Under the pieces are notes generated by a model, which saw only the letters and a program-made list of their open reading frames with translations, had not been told where the DNA came from and made no database searches. A stretch of 59,832 nt of DNA, filler included. It is 4 parts of 4 records of this genome, joined end to end, with 100 filler letters (N's around TTAATTAATTAA, not from the genome) between each part and the next. Parts side by side here need not be neighbours in the genome. Positions count along the whole stretch, not along the records: positions 36,276 to 51,601 come from SRR20825019_1790; positions 51,702 to 59,832 come from SRR20825019_1798; 2 more parts are not named here. The stretch is one strand, 5' to 3'. Positions 49,779 through 59,832 of this stretch are shown piece by piece (positions within the stretch are counted from its first letter, which is position 1; each line of letters starts with the position of its first letter). A program made the translations under genes and the position numbers.

Positions 49779-51068
49779 ATGACCCGTTCGTTTCGGCCAG
49801 AAAACACTCCGGAGACCATCGTCTACAAAACGCTGGTCTTCACCTGGCTGTTCTATGCGTTCGGCGCGCTTTATGTCGTCGGGCCGGTGCTGGGGTGGGC
49901 GCTGTTTGCGCTGGCCGTGATCGCGCTCTATTTCGGTCCGGGGTTGCGGCCATCGCTCAGGCCTGCGGGGCCGATCCCCTTCATCGTCTGGCTCTGGATT
50001 GCCGGCATGCTGGTCATGCTGATCGCTCTTTGGGGCGGGCACCTGCAGTGGGGGCTTGGTCTCAAGCAGACGATCAAGTCCAGCATCGGCTGGGCCAAGG
50101 GCTGGGCGCTGCTGGCGCTGTTTCCGCTGGCAGGCGCGGTGCTGCGGATCCGTCGTGAAGCCCTTGTGCGCGGGCAGTGCGTGATCGGCCTGTGGACGTT
50201 GATCCTGCTGCCAATTATGTTTGCAGCCCCCTATATCGGCCTGCCGGAGCGGATATTCGTGTCGCCGCTGAAAGCCGTCGGTGGGCCGGGTCCGGAATAT
50301 TTCTCGGTCTATTTCTACACGCTCGATCCATCCACCTGGACACCGCGCTGGCAGTTTTATGCGCCGTGGTCGCCCTTTGCCGGCCTGCTCGGCATTGTCA
50401 TGGTCGCCTTCGCGCTGGAAGAAAAACAACCGTTCTGGAAGACCTGCGGGATTGTCGCCGGCCTTGCCATCATCGTGCTGACCAAATCGCGTATGAGCCT
50501 TGTCGGCGTGGTGGTCTGCACCGTCGGGCCCCGCATGCTGCCGCTGGTCGCCAAGGTCTATGCCTGGCGCATGGCAGCAGCATTGGCAACATTGATGGCG
50601 ATTTTCGGCGGCGCGGTGTTCACCATGATCCAGGGCGGCATCTACGCCTTCAAGAACGCCCGCGCCGACAGCACCCGGGTGCGCGAAGCCTTGCAGCGGA
50701 TCGCCTATGAGCGCTGGTCGGAGGCCTACTGGTTCGGACACGGAACCGTGCAGCCCGGCCCGCATCTGGTGGAATATATGCCAATCGGCTCCCATCACAC
50801 CTGGTACGGCCTTCTGTTCGTCAAGGGCCTGACGGGCTTTCTGGCCATGCTGGTGCCGCTGCTGGCCCAAACCTTCATCGTACTGGTCGACTGCGTGCGC
50901 CATCCGCGTGGTCGCCTGCCGCTGTCGATCGTGTTGGTGATGATCGTCCTGAGTTTCGGCGAAAACATCGAAATCGAGGCCTATCTCATGTGGCCGGCGC
51001 TGATGATGCTCGGCATCCACGCGCGCGAAATGCAACAGGCGCGGACCAAACCGCAGAGATTGGGTTAG
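49779..51068 (+). CDS. O-antigen ligase/Wzy-like polymerase
   Basis: Multi-TM; LTKSR, STRVR, WFGHG, GSHHTW. Confidence 0.82.
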   Translation: MTRSFRPENTPETIVYKTLVFTWLFYAFGALYVVGPVLGWALFALAVIALYFGPGLRPSLRPAGPIPFIVWLWIAGMLVMLIALWGGHLQWGLGLKQTIKSSIGWAKGWALLALFPLAGAVLRIRREALVRGQCVIGLWTLILLPIMFAAPYIGLPERIFVSPLKAVGGPGPEYFSVYFYTLDPSTWTPRWQFYAPWSPFAGLLGIVMVAFALEEKQPFWKTCGIVAGLAIIVLTKSRMSLVGVVVCTVGPRMLPLVAKVYAWRMAAALATLMAIFGGAVFTMIQGGIYAFKNARADSTRVREALQRIAYERWSEAYWFGHGTVQPGPHLVEYMPIGSHHTWYGLLFVKGLTGFLAMLVPLLAQTFIVLVDCVRHPRGRLPLSIVLVMIVLSFGENIEIEAYLMWPALMMLGIHAREMQQARTKPQRLG

Positions 51069-51430
51069 CAAATATGCCTGTAATACCGGCATTCTGCGCC
51101 ATGGAGCGTCCAGCTCCCCGGGGGGCTGGTTCAGTGGCGTCTCATCCTCTCCGTTCCCCGCGGAAGAGATTGACAAGTGGCTTGCGAAATTTCAACAGCG
51201 GGTGTTGGTTTCCATGCAGAACTGAGCCGGCTAGGCGCATAATTTCCATTGAAAATTGAGCCCTGTGAACCTCCCCCCAACGCGATTAGCGGCAGGGGTA
51301 ACGGCGTGATCTGTTCCGTCTCAACGCCCTTGATACAGATTTGGTTTAACGGATAAGGGAGGATTTTGGCCCATAGTGCTTCCCTCCATTTATACGAGAA
51401 AATTGGTCGAAATACCTACCAGTTTGCCGC

Positions 51431-51601
51431 GAGGAAATCCGTGAGGAATGCCGGAGGTTTCTGGAAGGTGAGTTGAAGTTGAACATGGAAAAGAACCATG
51501 TAACACATGTCAATGACGGCTTCGTCTCTCTGGGCCACCGGATCATTCGCAAGCGCGGGGCGCGCGGACGGATGTCCGTCGTCACGACGATACCCAGGGA
51601 A
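51431..51601 (+). pseudogene. Group II intron reverse transcriptase/maturase fragment
   Basis: EEIREECRRFLEGELKLNMEKNHVTHVNDGFVSLGHRIIRKRGARGRMSVVTTIPR, matching RT domains 6-7 (LNxxKT...GFxFLG); no upstream RT sequence; runs to the contig end. Confidence 0.8.
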
Positions 51602-51701
51602 NNNNNNNNNNNNNNNNNNNNNNNNNNNNNNNNNNNNNNNNNNNNTTAATTAATTAANNNNNNNNNNNNNNNNNNNNNNNNNNNNNNNNNNNNNNNNNNN
51701 N
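51602..51701. other. Artificial contig spacer
   Basis: Same 100-bp N/TTAATTAATTAA linker. Confidence 0.98.
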
Positions 51702-51702
51702 C

Positions 51703-52989
51703 GTTTTTGAAGTATTATCTACAGATGGTGACACACACCTTGGTGGTGATGATGTTGACCAAAAGATAATTAACTGGTTGGCAGATGAGTTCAAATCTGA
51801 AGAAGATATGAATCTTAAGAAAGATCCTATGGCGTTACAACGTCTTAAGGAAGCTGCAGAGAAAGCAAAAATTGAGTTGTCTTCTTCTAACCAAACAGAA
51901 ATCAATTTACCTTACATTACAGCTACTGCAAGTGGACCAAAACACTTGGTGCGTACATTAACACGTAGCAAATTTGAGCAATTAATTGATGATTTAGTAA
52001 AACGCACAATTACTCCTTGTGAAAAAGCACTTAAAGCTGCTGGATTAAGCAAGAGTGATATAGATGAGGTTATCCTTGTTGGTGGTTCTACACGTATTCC
52101 TGCAGTACAAGAAGCTGTAGAGAAATTCTTTGGTAAGAAGCCTAGTAAAGGTGTAAACCCAGATGAGGTTGTAGCTGTTGGTGCTGCAATACAAGGTGGT
52201 GTATTAACAGGAGACGTAAAAGACGTTCTTTTATTAGATGTTACACCATTATCTCTAGGTATTGAAACTATGGGTGGCGTTATGACTAAGTTGATTGAGG
52301 CAAACACGACTATTCCTACGAATAAGTCTCAGGTCTTCTCAACGGCGGCAGATAACCAGCCTAGTGTAGAAATTCACGTATTACAAGGTGAGCGTCCAAT
52401 GGCGGCAGATAACAAGACAATTGGTAGATTCCATTTGTCTGATATTCCACCAGCACAACGTGGTGTTCCTCAAATTGAAGTGACTTTCGATATTGATGCT
52501 AACGGTATCATTAAAGTAAGTGCAGAAGATAAAGCAACTGGTAAGAAGCAAGATATTAAGATTGAAGCGTCTTCTGGTTTAAGCGAAGAGGAAATCAAGA
52601 AAATGAAAGCTGAAGCTGAAGCTAATGCAGACGCAGATGCTAAGACTAAAGAAAAAGTTGATAAGATTAACGAGGCAGATGCTATGGTTTTCCAAACGGA
52701 AAAGCAACTTAAAGAATTTGGTGATAAATTATCTGATGATAAGAAAGCACCAATTGAAGAAGCATTAACTGAGTTAAAGGCTGCACACGCAACTGGCGAT
52801 GTAGACCAAATTCAACCAGCTTTAGATAAGATAAACGAAGCTTGGAAAGTAGCTAGTGAAGAAATGTACAAAGCACAAGCAGAAGCTCAACAAGGCGCTC
52901 CAACTGGAGATGCTGGTCAAGCTGAAGGTGATGCTAGTTCTTCTGAAGGTAGCGATGTAGAAGATGTAGATTTTGAAGAAGTAAAATAA
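51703..52989 (+). CDS. dnaK: Chaperone DnaK (5'-truncated)
   Basis: [37 protein letters not shown]. Confidence 0.98.
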   Translation, partial: VFEVLSTDGDTHLGGDDVDQKIINWLADEFKSEEDMNLKKDPMALQRLKEAAEKAKIELSSSNQTEINLPYITATASGPKHLVRTLTRSKFEQLIDDLVKRTITPCEKALKAAGLSKSDIDEVILVGGSTRIPAVQEAVEKFFGKKPSKGVNPDEVVAVGAAIQGGVLTGDVKDVLLLDVTPLSLGIETMGGVMTKLIEANTTIPTNKSQVFSTAADNQPSVEIHVLQGERPMAADNKTIGRFHLSDIPPAQRGVPQIEVTFDIDANGIIKVSAEDKATGKKQDIKIEASSGLSEEEIKKMKAEAEANADADAKTKEKVDKINEADAMVFQTEKQLKEFGDKLSDDKKAPIEEALTELKAAHATGDVDQIQPALDKINEAWKVASEEMYKAQAEAQQGAPTGDAGQAEGDASSSEGSDVEDVDFEEVK

Positions 52990-53022
52990 GCTTCAATCCT
53001 TAACCGGGTTTCTATTATATAT

Positions 53023-53057
53023 AAATCCGCAACTCTTAAGAGTTGCGGATTTTTTTT
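53023..53057 (+). terminator. Rho-independent terminator
   Basis: AAATCCGCAACTCTTAAGAGTTGCGGATTT palindrome plus T-run. Confidence 0.9.
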
Positions 53058-53130
53058 GTTTTAACCATAAAGATTGAAACGATTAGAGTACCAGTTTACT
53101 TATATTTATACAACTAAATTAACGCGCATA

Positions 53131-53970
53131 ATGATTACAACTCACCGTTTTTTAATCTTGGTAACTAGCCTATTAACTATAATATCTTGCAAACAACAAC
53201 CGACTAGTGAAGATCAGGTTAAGGACTCTCCAACTCAAATTCAACTTAATACCACTAAAGGAAACATAGTTGTAAAGCTATACAACCAAACTCCAAAACA
53301 CCGTGATAATTTTATAAAACTAGCTAAAGACAGTACATTAAATGGCGTATTGTTTCATAGAGTAATTAAAGATTTTATGATACAGAGTGGTGATATTAAA
53401 AGTAAAGATGCAAAACCACAAGATACTTTAGGAGAAGGCGAGTTACCATATAGAGTGTCTGCTGAGTTTCATCCAGACTTATTCCATAAAAAAGGAGTAT
53501 TAGCTGCTGCGAGAGATGGAAATTTAGAGCGTGCATCAAGTAGTACACAATTTTATATTGTACAAGGAAAAATTCAGAACGATAGTTTATTGCAATTAAA
53601 TGAAGATAGAATTAACGGCTGGCTAAGAGAACATAAATTTAAAAATAGCTTTAAACATAAGGATTTGGTTAATGCTTTACAGCAGGCAGAAATTGTTGGA
53701 GATCAAACCTTGTATAAAAAACTTAACGATAGTATTATAAAGCTTGCAAAAGAGTTTGAAGATTTTGAAAGGTATACCATACCAAAAGAACATAGGAAAG
53801 TTTATAAAACTATTGGAGGTACGCCACACTTAGACCAGAATTACACAGTTTTTGGAGAAGTTGTAAGTGGTTTAAATATTGTTGATTCAATTGCAAATGC
53901 TGAAACAAACAATTTAGATAGACCATTAACAGATATTCGTATTAAGAGCGTTAAAATATTAGAGCAATAG
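53131..53970 (+). CDS. Cyclophilin-type PPIase lipoprotein with helical insertion
   Basis: IISC lipobox; FHRVIKDFMIQ, QFYIVQG, GGTPHLDQNYTVFGEV. Confidence 0.92.
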   Translation: MITTHRFLILVTSLLTIISCKQQPTSEDQVKDSPTQIQLNTTKGNIVVKLYNQTPKHRDNFIKLAKDSTLNGVLFHRVIKDFMIQSGDIKSKDAKPQDTLGEGELPYRVSAEFHPDLFHKKGVLAAARDGNLERASSSTQFYIVQGKIQNDSLLQLNEDRINGWLREHKFKNSFKHKDLVNALQQAEIVGDQTLYKKLNDSIIKLAKEFEDFERYTIPKEHRKVYKTIGGTPHLDQNYTVFGEVVSGLNIVDSIANAETNNLDRPLTDIRIKSVKILEQ

Positions 53971-53987
53971 TTAACCATAATTAAAAT

Positions 53988-54752
53988 ATGTGTTACGATA
54001 TAAAAACAAGTAAAAAAGCACAATTAGAGCGTGTAAGGCGCGCTCAAGATTTATTGGCATTAGAGGAAATAGAAGATAGGCTACTACCTTTAACAGATTT
54101 GCCTTTGCATCATGCATCTGGATTTAATCATCCAGAAGTACTTATTTATACAGATCGTTCTCCAAATTTTCCAGAAGTTGCAACTTGGGGCTTAGTGCCA
54201 CATTGGGTAAAAGATACCACTCAAAAAAAACAGTTATGGAATAAGACCTTAAACGCACGAGGTGAAACAATTTTCGAAAAACCATCTTTTCGAGATTCTG
54301 CTAAACATAAACGCTGCCTCTTGTATGTTGATGGCTTTTATGAGCACCATCACTACAATGGACAGGTGTATCCCTTTTATATTCATAAGAAAGATAACAC
54401 GGCAATGGCAATGGCAGGATTATGGAATACTTGGGAAGATCCAGAAACTGGCGGACATTTAAATACGTTTTCAATAGTTACTACTAAAGGAAATGCATTA
54501 CTTTCTAAAATACATAACAATCCAAAATTAGAAGGCCCAAGAATGCCTCTAATTTTGCCAGAAGATATAGCAGATCAATGGATAACAAATGTTGATGATC
54601 ATTTAGAAGAGCAAACAATCACATCTTTAATACAGCCCTATCCAGATGAAGAGTTTTCTGCACATACGGTGCAAAAGCTTAGAGGCAAAGCTTATCTAGG
54701 AAATACGCCAAGCACTAGCGAACCAGTTATATATAATGAATTAAATTTTTAA
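53988..54752 (+). CDS. SRAP (YedK/HMCES-like) abasic-site processing protein
   Basis: N-terminal MC, WGLVPHW, TLNARGET, RCL...GFYE, IH...RMP. Confidence 0.92.
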   Translation: MCYDIKTSKKAQLERVRRAQDLLALEEIEDRLLPLTDLPLHHASGFNHPEVLIYTDRSPNFPEVATWGLVPHWVKDTTQKKQLWNKTLNARGETIFEKPSFRDSAKHKRCLLYVDGFYEHHHYNGQVYPFYIHKKDNTAMAMAGLWNTWEDPETGGHLNTFSIVTTKGNALLSKIHNNPKLEGPRMPLILPEDIADQWITNVDDHLEEQTITSLIQPYPDEEFSAHTVQKLRGKAYLGNTPSTSEPVIYNELNF

Positions 54753-54771
54753 CAAGTAATACCAACCAGCT

Positions 54772-55224
54772 ATGACCAATGTTTTTACAGAAAAAGGCAC
54801 TTCAGAATTTATAAATAGAATACATAACCTTACACCAGAAACAAAACCGCAATGGGGAAAGATGAGTGTCGAAAAAATGTTGGCTCACTGCAATGTTACT
54901 TATGAGTTAATTTATGAGGATAAACATCCAAGGCCGAAAGGCTTAAAGAAACTTTTAATAAAACTATTAATTAAGAATTATGTAGTAGGAGATAAGCCAT
55001 TTAAAAAAAATGGAGGTACTGCACCAGCATTTTTAATTAGGGATGAGCGCAAATTTAAAACTGAAAAAGACAGGTTAATACAGCATCTGGAAAAAACACA
55101 ACAACTGGGTGAATCTCATTTTAATGGGAAAGAGTCTCATTCTTTTGGGCCATTAACTATAAAAGAATGGAATACCATGTTTAGCAAACATTTAGATCAT
55201 CACCTTACTCAATTTGGTGTGTAG
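54772..55224 (+). CDS. DUF1569 (DinB-like) protein
   Basis: WGKMSVEKMLAHC, HSFGPLT..EW, KHLDHHLTQFGV. Confidence 0.9.
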   Translation: MTNVFTEKGTSEFINRIHNLTPETKPQWGKMSVEKMLAHCNVTYELIYEDKHPRPKGLKKLLIKLLIKNYVVGDKPFKKNGGTAPAFLIRDERKFKTEKDRLIQHLEKTQQLGESHFNGKESHSFGPLTIKEWNTMFSKHLDHHLTQFGV

Positions 55225-55290
55225 GTAAAAAGTAAGAGGAGAACTAGTTATAGTTTTCATAATCTAAATGCCTAAACAAAGCCAAACCCT

Positions 55291-55298
55291 TAAATTTG
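55291..55298 (+). promoter_or_regulatory. Bacteroidota -7 promoter element
   Basis: TAAATTTG (TAnnTTTG) 14 bp before the start; similar elements at 56362-56369 (+) and 28947-28954 (-). Confidence 0.6.
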
Positions 55299-55312
55299 TA
55301 AAAACTTAAATT

Positions 55313-56332
55313 ATGAGATTACGTGCCAGTTCCCAAATTCTAGCACTTTTAATATTCAGCCTTTTATTGGGCATAAATTCACAAGCTCAAAAATCCAATG
55401 CTAATAGGTCTTTTAAAGACTATTATCCAATATCTGAACGCCCTTATTTAACAGGCGGATTTGGAAATAATGATTACGAACGTATATTATTAGAGGCAAA
55501 ACCCGTTGTATATTATAGCGTATATAACGATATCCGAGAAGCTTTAAATAGAGATACTATTGTAAGAGGAGATGCTATTTATTTAAGTATACAGCCTCAG
55601 TTTAGGATTTATGATGAAAACTCTAAACCTGTAAAGACACCATCTTATAAAGCGTTTTTAGGATTTCAATCTATAATTAAGACAAACAACAATAATTTCT
55701 TAACAGCTGCATTGGAGTCTGGTCACTTTTCAAATGGGCAGTCCGGATCTGCGTTTAGTGAGGAGTTAGAAGACAACACTCCAGAAAGTACAGCACTCTA
55801 TGAAGATATAACAGATGATACAGATTTGGCTGCTATTTTAAATAGATCATCAGGAAACTTCTCTACCAACTTAACACGTTTGTCTTTAAACTATAGGATT
55901 AACAAATTTAATGATGAGAATTTACCAGAAACCATACATTCATTAACCTTAACCTATCAATTATACCACAGGCGTTTCTTAGGAGCATTTCAATTTGGAG
56001 GTTATAATCCAGAAGATATTGACATTTATGGAAGGCATCAAATAGAAGCTAGTTATGAGTTTACTTCACATTTAAAAGGATTTAGATATACTTTAGGACA
56101 AGAAGTATTCTTGCATCCAGATGTACACCCAAGTGCAGAAGTGTTTAGAAGTGAAACCACAGCAATTGTATATCCTTGGGATAAAGACTTAGGGATATTT
56201 GCCAAATTTGCATTTGGTTATGATGACTATAATTACAGGTTTGTAGATAGCTTCCCAAGATTTTCAATAGGGTTAACATGGGATTGGTTTACACCGTTTG
56301 TAGTTAAGCCAAATAGAGTTACGAATCCATAA
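55313..56332 (+). CDS. Outer-membrane beta-barrel, divergent phospholipase A (OMPLA/PldA-like)
   Basis: Signal peptide; [16 protein letters not shown] (HxSNG catalytic motif), GYDDYN; amphipathic beta strands. Confidence 0.6.
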   Translation: MRLRASSQILALLIFSLLLGINSQAQKSNANRSFKDYYPISERPYLTGGFGNNDYERILLEAKPVVYYSVYNDIREALNRDTIVRGDAIYLSIQPQFRIYDENSKPVKTPSYKAFLGFQSIIKTNNNNFLTAALESGHFSNGQSGSAFSEELEDNTPESTALYEDITDDTDLAAILNRSSGNFSTNLTRLSLNYRINKFNDENLPETIHSLTLTYQLYHRRFLGAFQFGGYNPEDIDIYGRHQIEASYEFTSHLKGFRYTLGQEVFLHPDVHPSAEVFRSETTAIVYPWDKDLGIFAKFAFGYDDYNYRFVDSFPRFSIGLTWDWFTPFVVKPNRVTNP

Positions 56333-56391
56333 TATTATGGGGTTTTACATTTAGTAATTCGTATTTTTGCACTTCATTAAAAATAACAATT

Positions 56392-57324
56392 ATGAATAAT
56401 GGTTTATACGCTAAGCTTGAGACAAGTAAAGGCGATATTCTTATACAATTAGAGTTTCAGAAAACTCCAGGAACAGTTGCCAACTTTGTAGCACTTGCAG
56501 AAGGAAAACAAGAAAATAGCGCTAAAGATTTAGGGACACCTTATTATGACGGTCTTAAATTTCACCGTGTTATTGCAGACTTTATGATACAAGGTGGAGA
56601 TCCACAAGGAACTGGAGCTGGCGGTCCTGGTTACAATTTTGATGATGAGTTTCACCCAGAGCTAAAACACAATAAGCCAGGTACTTTAAGTATGGCTAAT
56701 GCAGGTCCTGGAACAAATGGAAGTCAGTTTTTTATAACACATGGCGAAACAGCTTGGTTAGATAATAAGCATACTGTATTTGGTTATGTTGTTGAAGGGC
56801 AAGATGTAGTTAACAAAATAAAGCAAGGTGACCTTATAAATCACGTTGAAATCATTAGAGAAGGTGAAGATGCTGAAGCTTTTGATGCTGTTGAAACCTT
56901 TAAGAATTTTAATGAAAGCAAAGCACAACGTATAGCAGATGCTAAAAAACGTGAAGAAGAAGCTTTAGCAAAAGCAACCGAAGGTTTTACAAAAACTAAC
57001 AGCGGTTTATATTATAATATCACTAAAAAAGGTGATGGTAAAGCTGCAGAAAAAGGAAAAACAGTTTCTGTACATTACAAAGGGATGTTAATGGATGGTA
57101 CAGTGTTCGATTCTTCATTTAAAAGAAATGAACCAATTGATTTTCCATTAGGTGTAGGCCAAGTAATTGCAGGTTGGGATGAAGGTATACAATTACTAAA
57201 CGTAGGCGATCAAGCTACTTTAATAATTCCTTCAGATCTTGCTTATGGTGAACGTGGCGCTGGTGGTGTAATTCCTGGTGGAGCAACTCTTAAGTTTGAT
57301 GTAGAGTTGGTAAATGTGAAGTAA
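56392..57324 (+). CDS. Cyclophilin-FKBP fusion PPIase
   Basis: [56 protein letters not shown]. Confidence 0.95.
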   Translation: MNNGLYAKLETSKGDILIQLEFQKTPGTVANFVALAEGKQENSAKDLGTPYYDGLKFHRVIADFMIQGGDPQGTGAGGPGYNFDDEFHPELKHNKPGTLSMANAGPGTNGSQFFITHGETAWLDNKHTVFGYVVEGQDVVNKIKQGDLINHVEIIREGEDAEAFDAVETFKNFNESKAQRIADAKKREEEALAKATEGFTKTNSGLYYNITKKGDGKAAEKGKTVSVHYKGMLMDGTVFDSSFKRNEPIDFPLGVGQVIAGWDEGIQLLNVGDQATLIIPSDLAYGERGAGGVIPGGATLKFDVELVNVK

Positions 57325-57353
57325 GAGTGATCTAAAAATCACTTTGAGATATT

Positions 57354-57395
57354 AAAAAGGGTAAAATTTGAGTATTCAAATTTTACCCTTTTTTT
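57354..57395. terminator. Bidirectional terminator
   Basis: AAAAAGGGTAAAATTTGA/TCAAATTTTACCCTTTTT between convergent genes. Confidence 0.88.
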
Positions 57396-57410
57396 GTTTA
57401 AAGCCTATAA

Positions 57411-57968
57411 TTAAGACTTCCATTTAATATTGCAACCAATACTTGGTTTTTGATCCTTTCGTTGCGGATTGTTGTTTAATATATTATCTAAAGATTCTCT
57501 AAGGTCTCTACCATTTACAGGAATTCCATTTCCTGGTCTAGAGTTATCTAATTGGCCTCTGTAAACTAGCTTTAGTTCTGCATCAAATACAAAAAAGTCT
57601 GGCGTACAAGCTGCTTTGTAAGCTTTGGCTACGTCTTGGGTAGCATCAAAAAGGTAAGGGAACGGATAGTTTTCTTCTCTAGCAGTTTTCCACATAAGAT
57701 CTGGATGATCTTGAGGATATTTTTCAATATCATTACTGTTTATAGCTACAAATCCAAAGCCCGTTACACGATAATCATTTGCCGTTCTTACAAGTTCATC
57801 ATTTACATGTTTTACAAAAGGGCAATGATTACATATAAACATAACTACAGTACCTTTTGTACCTTTAATATCTTCTAAAGAATAGCTGTTTTTTGTTACA
57901 GCATCTACCAAATTAAAAGTTGGTGCTTTGGTACCTAATGGTAACATGTTGGAAGGAGTTAAAGACAT
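57411..57968 (-). CDS. Thioredoxin/AhpC-TSA family protein
   Basis: FICNHCPFV, ACTPDFF, YRGQLD, SIGCNIKW. Confidence 0.93.
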   Translation of the reverse strand: MSLTPSNMLPLGTKAPTFNLVDAVTKNSYSLEDIKGTKGTVVMFICNHCPFVKHVNDELVRTANDYRVTGFGFVAINSNDIEKYPQDHPDLMWKTAREENYPFPYLFDATQDVAKAYKAACTPDFFVFDAELKLVYRGQLDNSRPGNGIPVNGRDLRESLDNILNNNPQRKDQKPSIGCNIKWKS

Positions 57969-58085
57969 ACGTGTAATAATTAGAGTTATTAAACTATAGG
58001 TCATTAAAATAAGACAATGGTTACATAAAATCTCCTTAAAGTATCCTTAAAATCTTGGTAAGCCTTAGTAAGCTTAGTATCTTTA

Positions 58086-58412
58086 ATGAAAACAAAACCA
58101 ATGAAAGAAGGATATACATCATTATCAATAGCAATAAAAGACTTGCAAGAAGAAGGTTACAACGTAGATTTTAATCTTGTTGAAGAAGGCGTAGAGGCTA
58201 AGTCTAAAAAGAAAACTTGGCCAGCAGGCAAATTAGATGTTGTAAAATTTTACAGATTTGAAGGTGCCACAAATCCATCAGACAATAGCATTTTGTATGT
58301 TATTGAAACAGAAGATGGAGAAAAGGGATTGTTAGTAGATAACTACGATGCCAGCGCTACTCAAGTTTCTAAAGAGATGTTGGAAAAGCTGAAAATTCAT
58401 CATAATGAATAA
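58086..58412 (+). CDS. Conserved hypothetical protein
   Basis: LQEEGYNVDF, YRFEGATNPSDNSILYVIE, KGLLVD. Confidence 0.8.
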   Translation: MKTKPMKEGYTSLSIAIKDLQEEGYNVDFNLVEEGVEAKSKKKTWPAGKLDVVKFYRFEGATNPSDNSILYVIETEDGEKGLLVDNYDASATQVSKEMLEKLKIHHNE

Positions 58413-58740
58413 TTTAACTTGGAGTGAGTTTGAGCGCGTAGATATGCGTGTAGGAACCATTCTTGAAGTTAAAGATTTTCCTGAAGCTAGAAATCCTGCT
58501 TATAAATTAAGCATAGATTTTGGTGAGATGTTTGGAGTTAAAAAAACTTCAGCCCAAATTACTACCCAATATTCTAAAGAAGATTTAATAGGAAGGCAAA
58601 TAATAGCTGTAGTAAATTTTCCTAAAAAGCAAATTGCAACATTTATGAGTGAGTGCTTAGTTTTAGGTGCAGTGAATGGAAAGGATGTCACATTATTACA
58701 TCCCAATTTAAAGGTCGAAAACGGCTTAAAGATAGGCTAG
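58405..58740 (+). CDS. csaA: CsaA-like tRNA-binding protein
   Basis: FERVDMRVGTI, PAYKL, SAQIT, VVNFPKKQIA, SECLVLG. Confidence 0.9.
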   Translation: MNNLTWSEFERVDMRVGTILEVKDFPEARNPAYKLSIDFGEMFGVKKTSAQITTQYSKEDLIGRQIIAVVNFPKKQIATFMSECLVLGAVNGKDVTLLHPNLKVENGLKIG

Positions 58741-58762
58741 CTCTTTATTAAATTATAGATAT

Positions 58763-58798
58763 AAAAAAAAGCTCTGTAGAAATATACAGAGCTTTTTT
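58763..58798. terminator. Bidirectional terminator
   Basis: AAAAAAGCTCTGTA/TACAGAGCTTTTTT. Confidence 0.88.
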
Positions 58799-58814
58799 GC
58801 ATTATAGTTATAGA

Positions 58815-59291
58815 TTAATCTTCCAAATCTTCTAAAGATTTTACTTTGTGTAAAGTAGCTTTAACTTCATCTACTTGTTTAGTGAGTGTATGCTGTATTT
58901 GAGGAGGAAACTGTTGGTTGGTTAATGCATCTTCATATTCACTAACACTTGCTTTTTCTCCTCTAATACATTCTTCTAAAACAGCTTCATCGTCATTACC
59001 AGTAACAGCAGTTTTAATATCTATCCAAGTTCTGTGTAAAGAACCTGTTACACTACCTTTTTCTTTAGGTGTTTCGTTTAAATCTCTAATTTCCTTATCT
59101 AGTTCTGTCGCAAAACGGTTTCTAAGAACAGCTTGTTGCTTAAGGAAATTTTTAAGTTGAGAGCTATCTGCATCTGTCATGGCTTTTTTATAACCAGCTT
59201 CTGCATCATAGTTCTTTTCCAGAAGTTGTTGTAAATGGTTTACAATATCTTCGTGGCTATTTTCTTTTGCTTCTTCAAGTGTGGTTTTCAT
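58815..59291 (-). CDS. PA2169 family four-helix-bundle (ferritin-like) protein
   Basis: LLEKNYDAEAGY, GSLHRTWIDIK, ECIRGE. Confidence 0.9.
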   Translation of the reverse strand: MKTTLEEAKENSHEDIVNHLQQLLEKNYDAEAGYKKAMTDADSSQLKNFLKQQAVLRNRFATELDKEIRDLNETPKEKGSVTGSLHRTWIDIKTAVTGNDDEAVLEECIRGEKASVSEYEDALTNQQFPPQIQHTLTKQVDEVKATLHKVKSLEDLED

Positions 59292-59429
59292 AGTATTATT
59301 TTTTTGTTTACCTAAAGATACTAAGGATTCAACAAAAAAATATAATTTAAAGACCAGCTTGTGAGAGGTTTAACACTTGTGTTAAACTAATTATAAAGTG
59401 ATTTTTTTCTGTGGTATTAATTGCAACGA

Positions 59430-59832
59430 TTAACCTTCTGCGGTCATTGAAAGCTCAAGCCAGCGTTCTTCTTTTTCTGTAATGGTATCATTAATCTCAC
59501 CAAGACGTTTCGATTTTTTTTCAATGTCTTCTGGAGATAAATCATTTAAGAATTCTTGTTGAAGTTTCGCCTTTTCCTTTTCTAACTTCTCAATATCTTT
59601 TTCTAATCGCTTAAACTCTTTTTGTTCACTATAGGATAATCCTCCTGAGCTTTGGTTTTCTTTCCAAGAAGATTTTTGATCAGTAGGCTTAGGTTCATTT
59701 TTCATTGGTTCTGGTGCTTTAGAGGCATCATAAGCACGGTAATCTGAGTAATTACCAGGAAAATCTGTTATGGTTCCTTCACCTTCAAACACCAATAGGT
59801 GATCTACTATTTTATCCATAAAGTAACGGTCG
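59430..59832 (-). CDS. ABC-F family ATPase, C-terminal part
   Basis: DRYFMDKIV, FPGNYSDY, LSYSEQKE coiled-coil tail, ERWLEL. Confidence 0.9.
   Translation of the reverse strand, partial: DRYFMDKIVDHLLVFEGEGTITDFPGNYSDYRAYDASKAPEPMKNEPKPTDQKSSWKENQSSGGLSYSEQKEFKRLEKDIEKLEKEKAKLQQEFLNDLSPEDIEKKSKRLGEINDTITEKEERWLELSMTAEG

Noticed and set aside
49761-51176. 471-aa antisense ORF, and similar long shadow ORFs over czcA, the kinase and the flippase
   Set aside because: Antisense to well-supported genes in GC-rich DNA; no motifs.
51266-51278. TGAACCTCCCCCC as an IS3-family terminal repeat
   Set aside because: No transposase or partner repeat visible.
58086-58412. Phosphoribosylpyrophosphate synthetase label often given to this family
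   Set aside because: 108 aa with no PRPP synthetase motifs.

Overview
The window is not one locus. It is four contigs joined by three identical 100-bp artificial spacers (44 N + TTAATTAATTAA + 44 N at 23272-23371, 36176-36275, 51602-51701), so adjacency across spacers has no biological meaning. (1) 1-23271 is an accessory island, probably alphaproteobacterial. It has a coupled membrane operon (TM/coiled-coil protein, VWA-like protein, MotA/ZorA-like protein with a long tail, MotB/ZorB-like protein with Glu for Asp and no OmpA domain) and a DUF3883 PD-(D/E)xK nuclease. It also has a Cre-like tyrosine recombinase with a perfect 33-bp lox-like site, abutting a Tn7-like tnsA-tnsB-tnsC-tniQ operon whose TnsA appears catalytically dead. 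Further along are a 90-nt tRNA-like gene (UAU anticodon, 17-nt insert), a czcCBA+dmeF metal-efflux module and a HEPN-like gene, bounded by short related hairpin repeats. (2) 23372-36175 is Flavobacteriaceae housekeeping DNA (bamA, 2x ompH, murI, folA, thyA, nupC), with decayed tandem copies of the bamA 3' end and a small accessory patch between folA and thyA. (3) 36276-51601 is a GC-rich alphaproteobacterial exopolysaccharide locus with a PruR-like protein, a hybrid kinase, a LuxR-type regulator and six palindromic CTATCC-N4-GGATAG boxes. It ends in a group II intron RT relic. (4) 51702-59832 is AT-rich Flavobacteriaceae housekeeping DNA (dnaK, PPIases, SRAP, OMPLA-like, CsaA, ABC-F). The best candidates for new biology are in contig 1: the dead-TnsA/recombinase/lox-like replicative transposon model, the Zorya-like operon and the tRNA-like RNA. 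All family calls come from motif recognition by eye; no searches were run.
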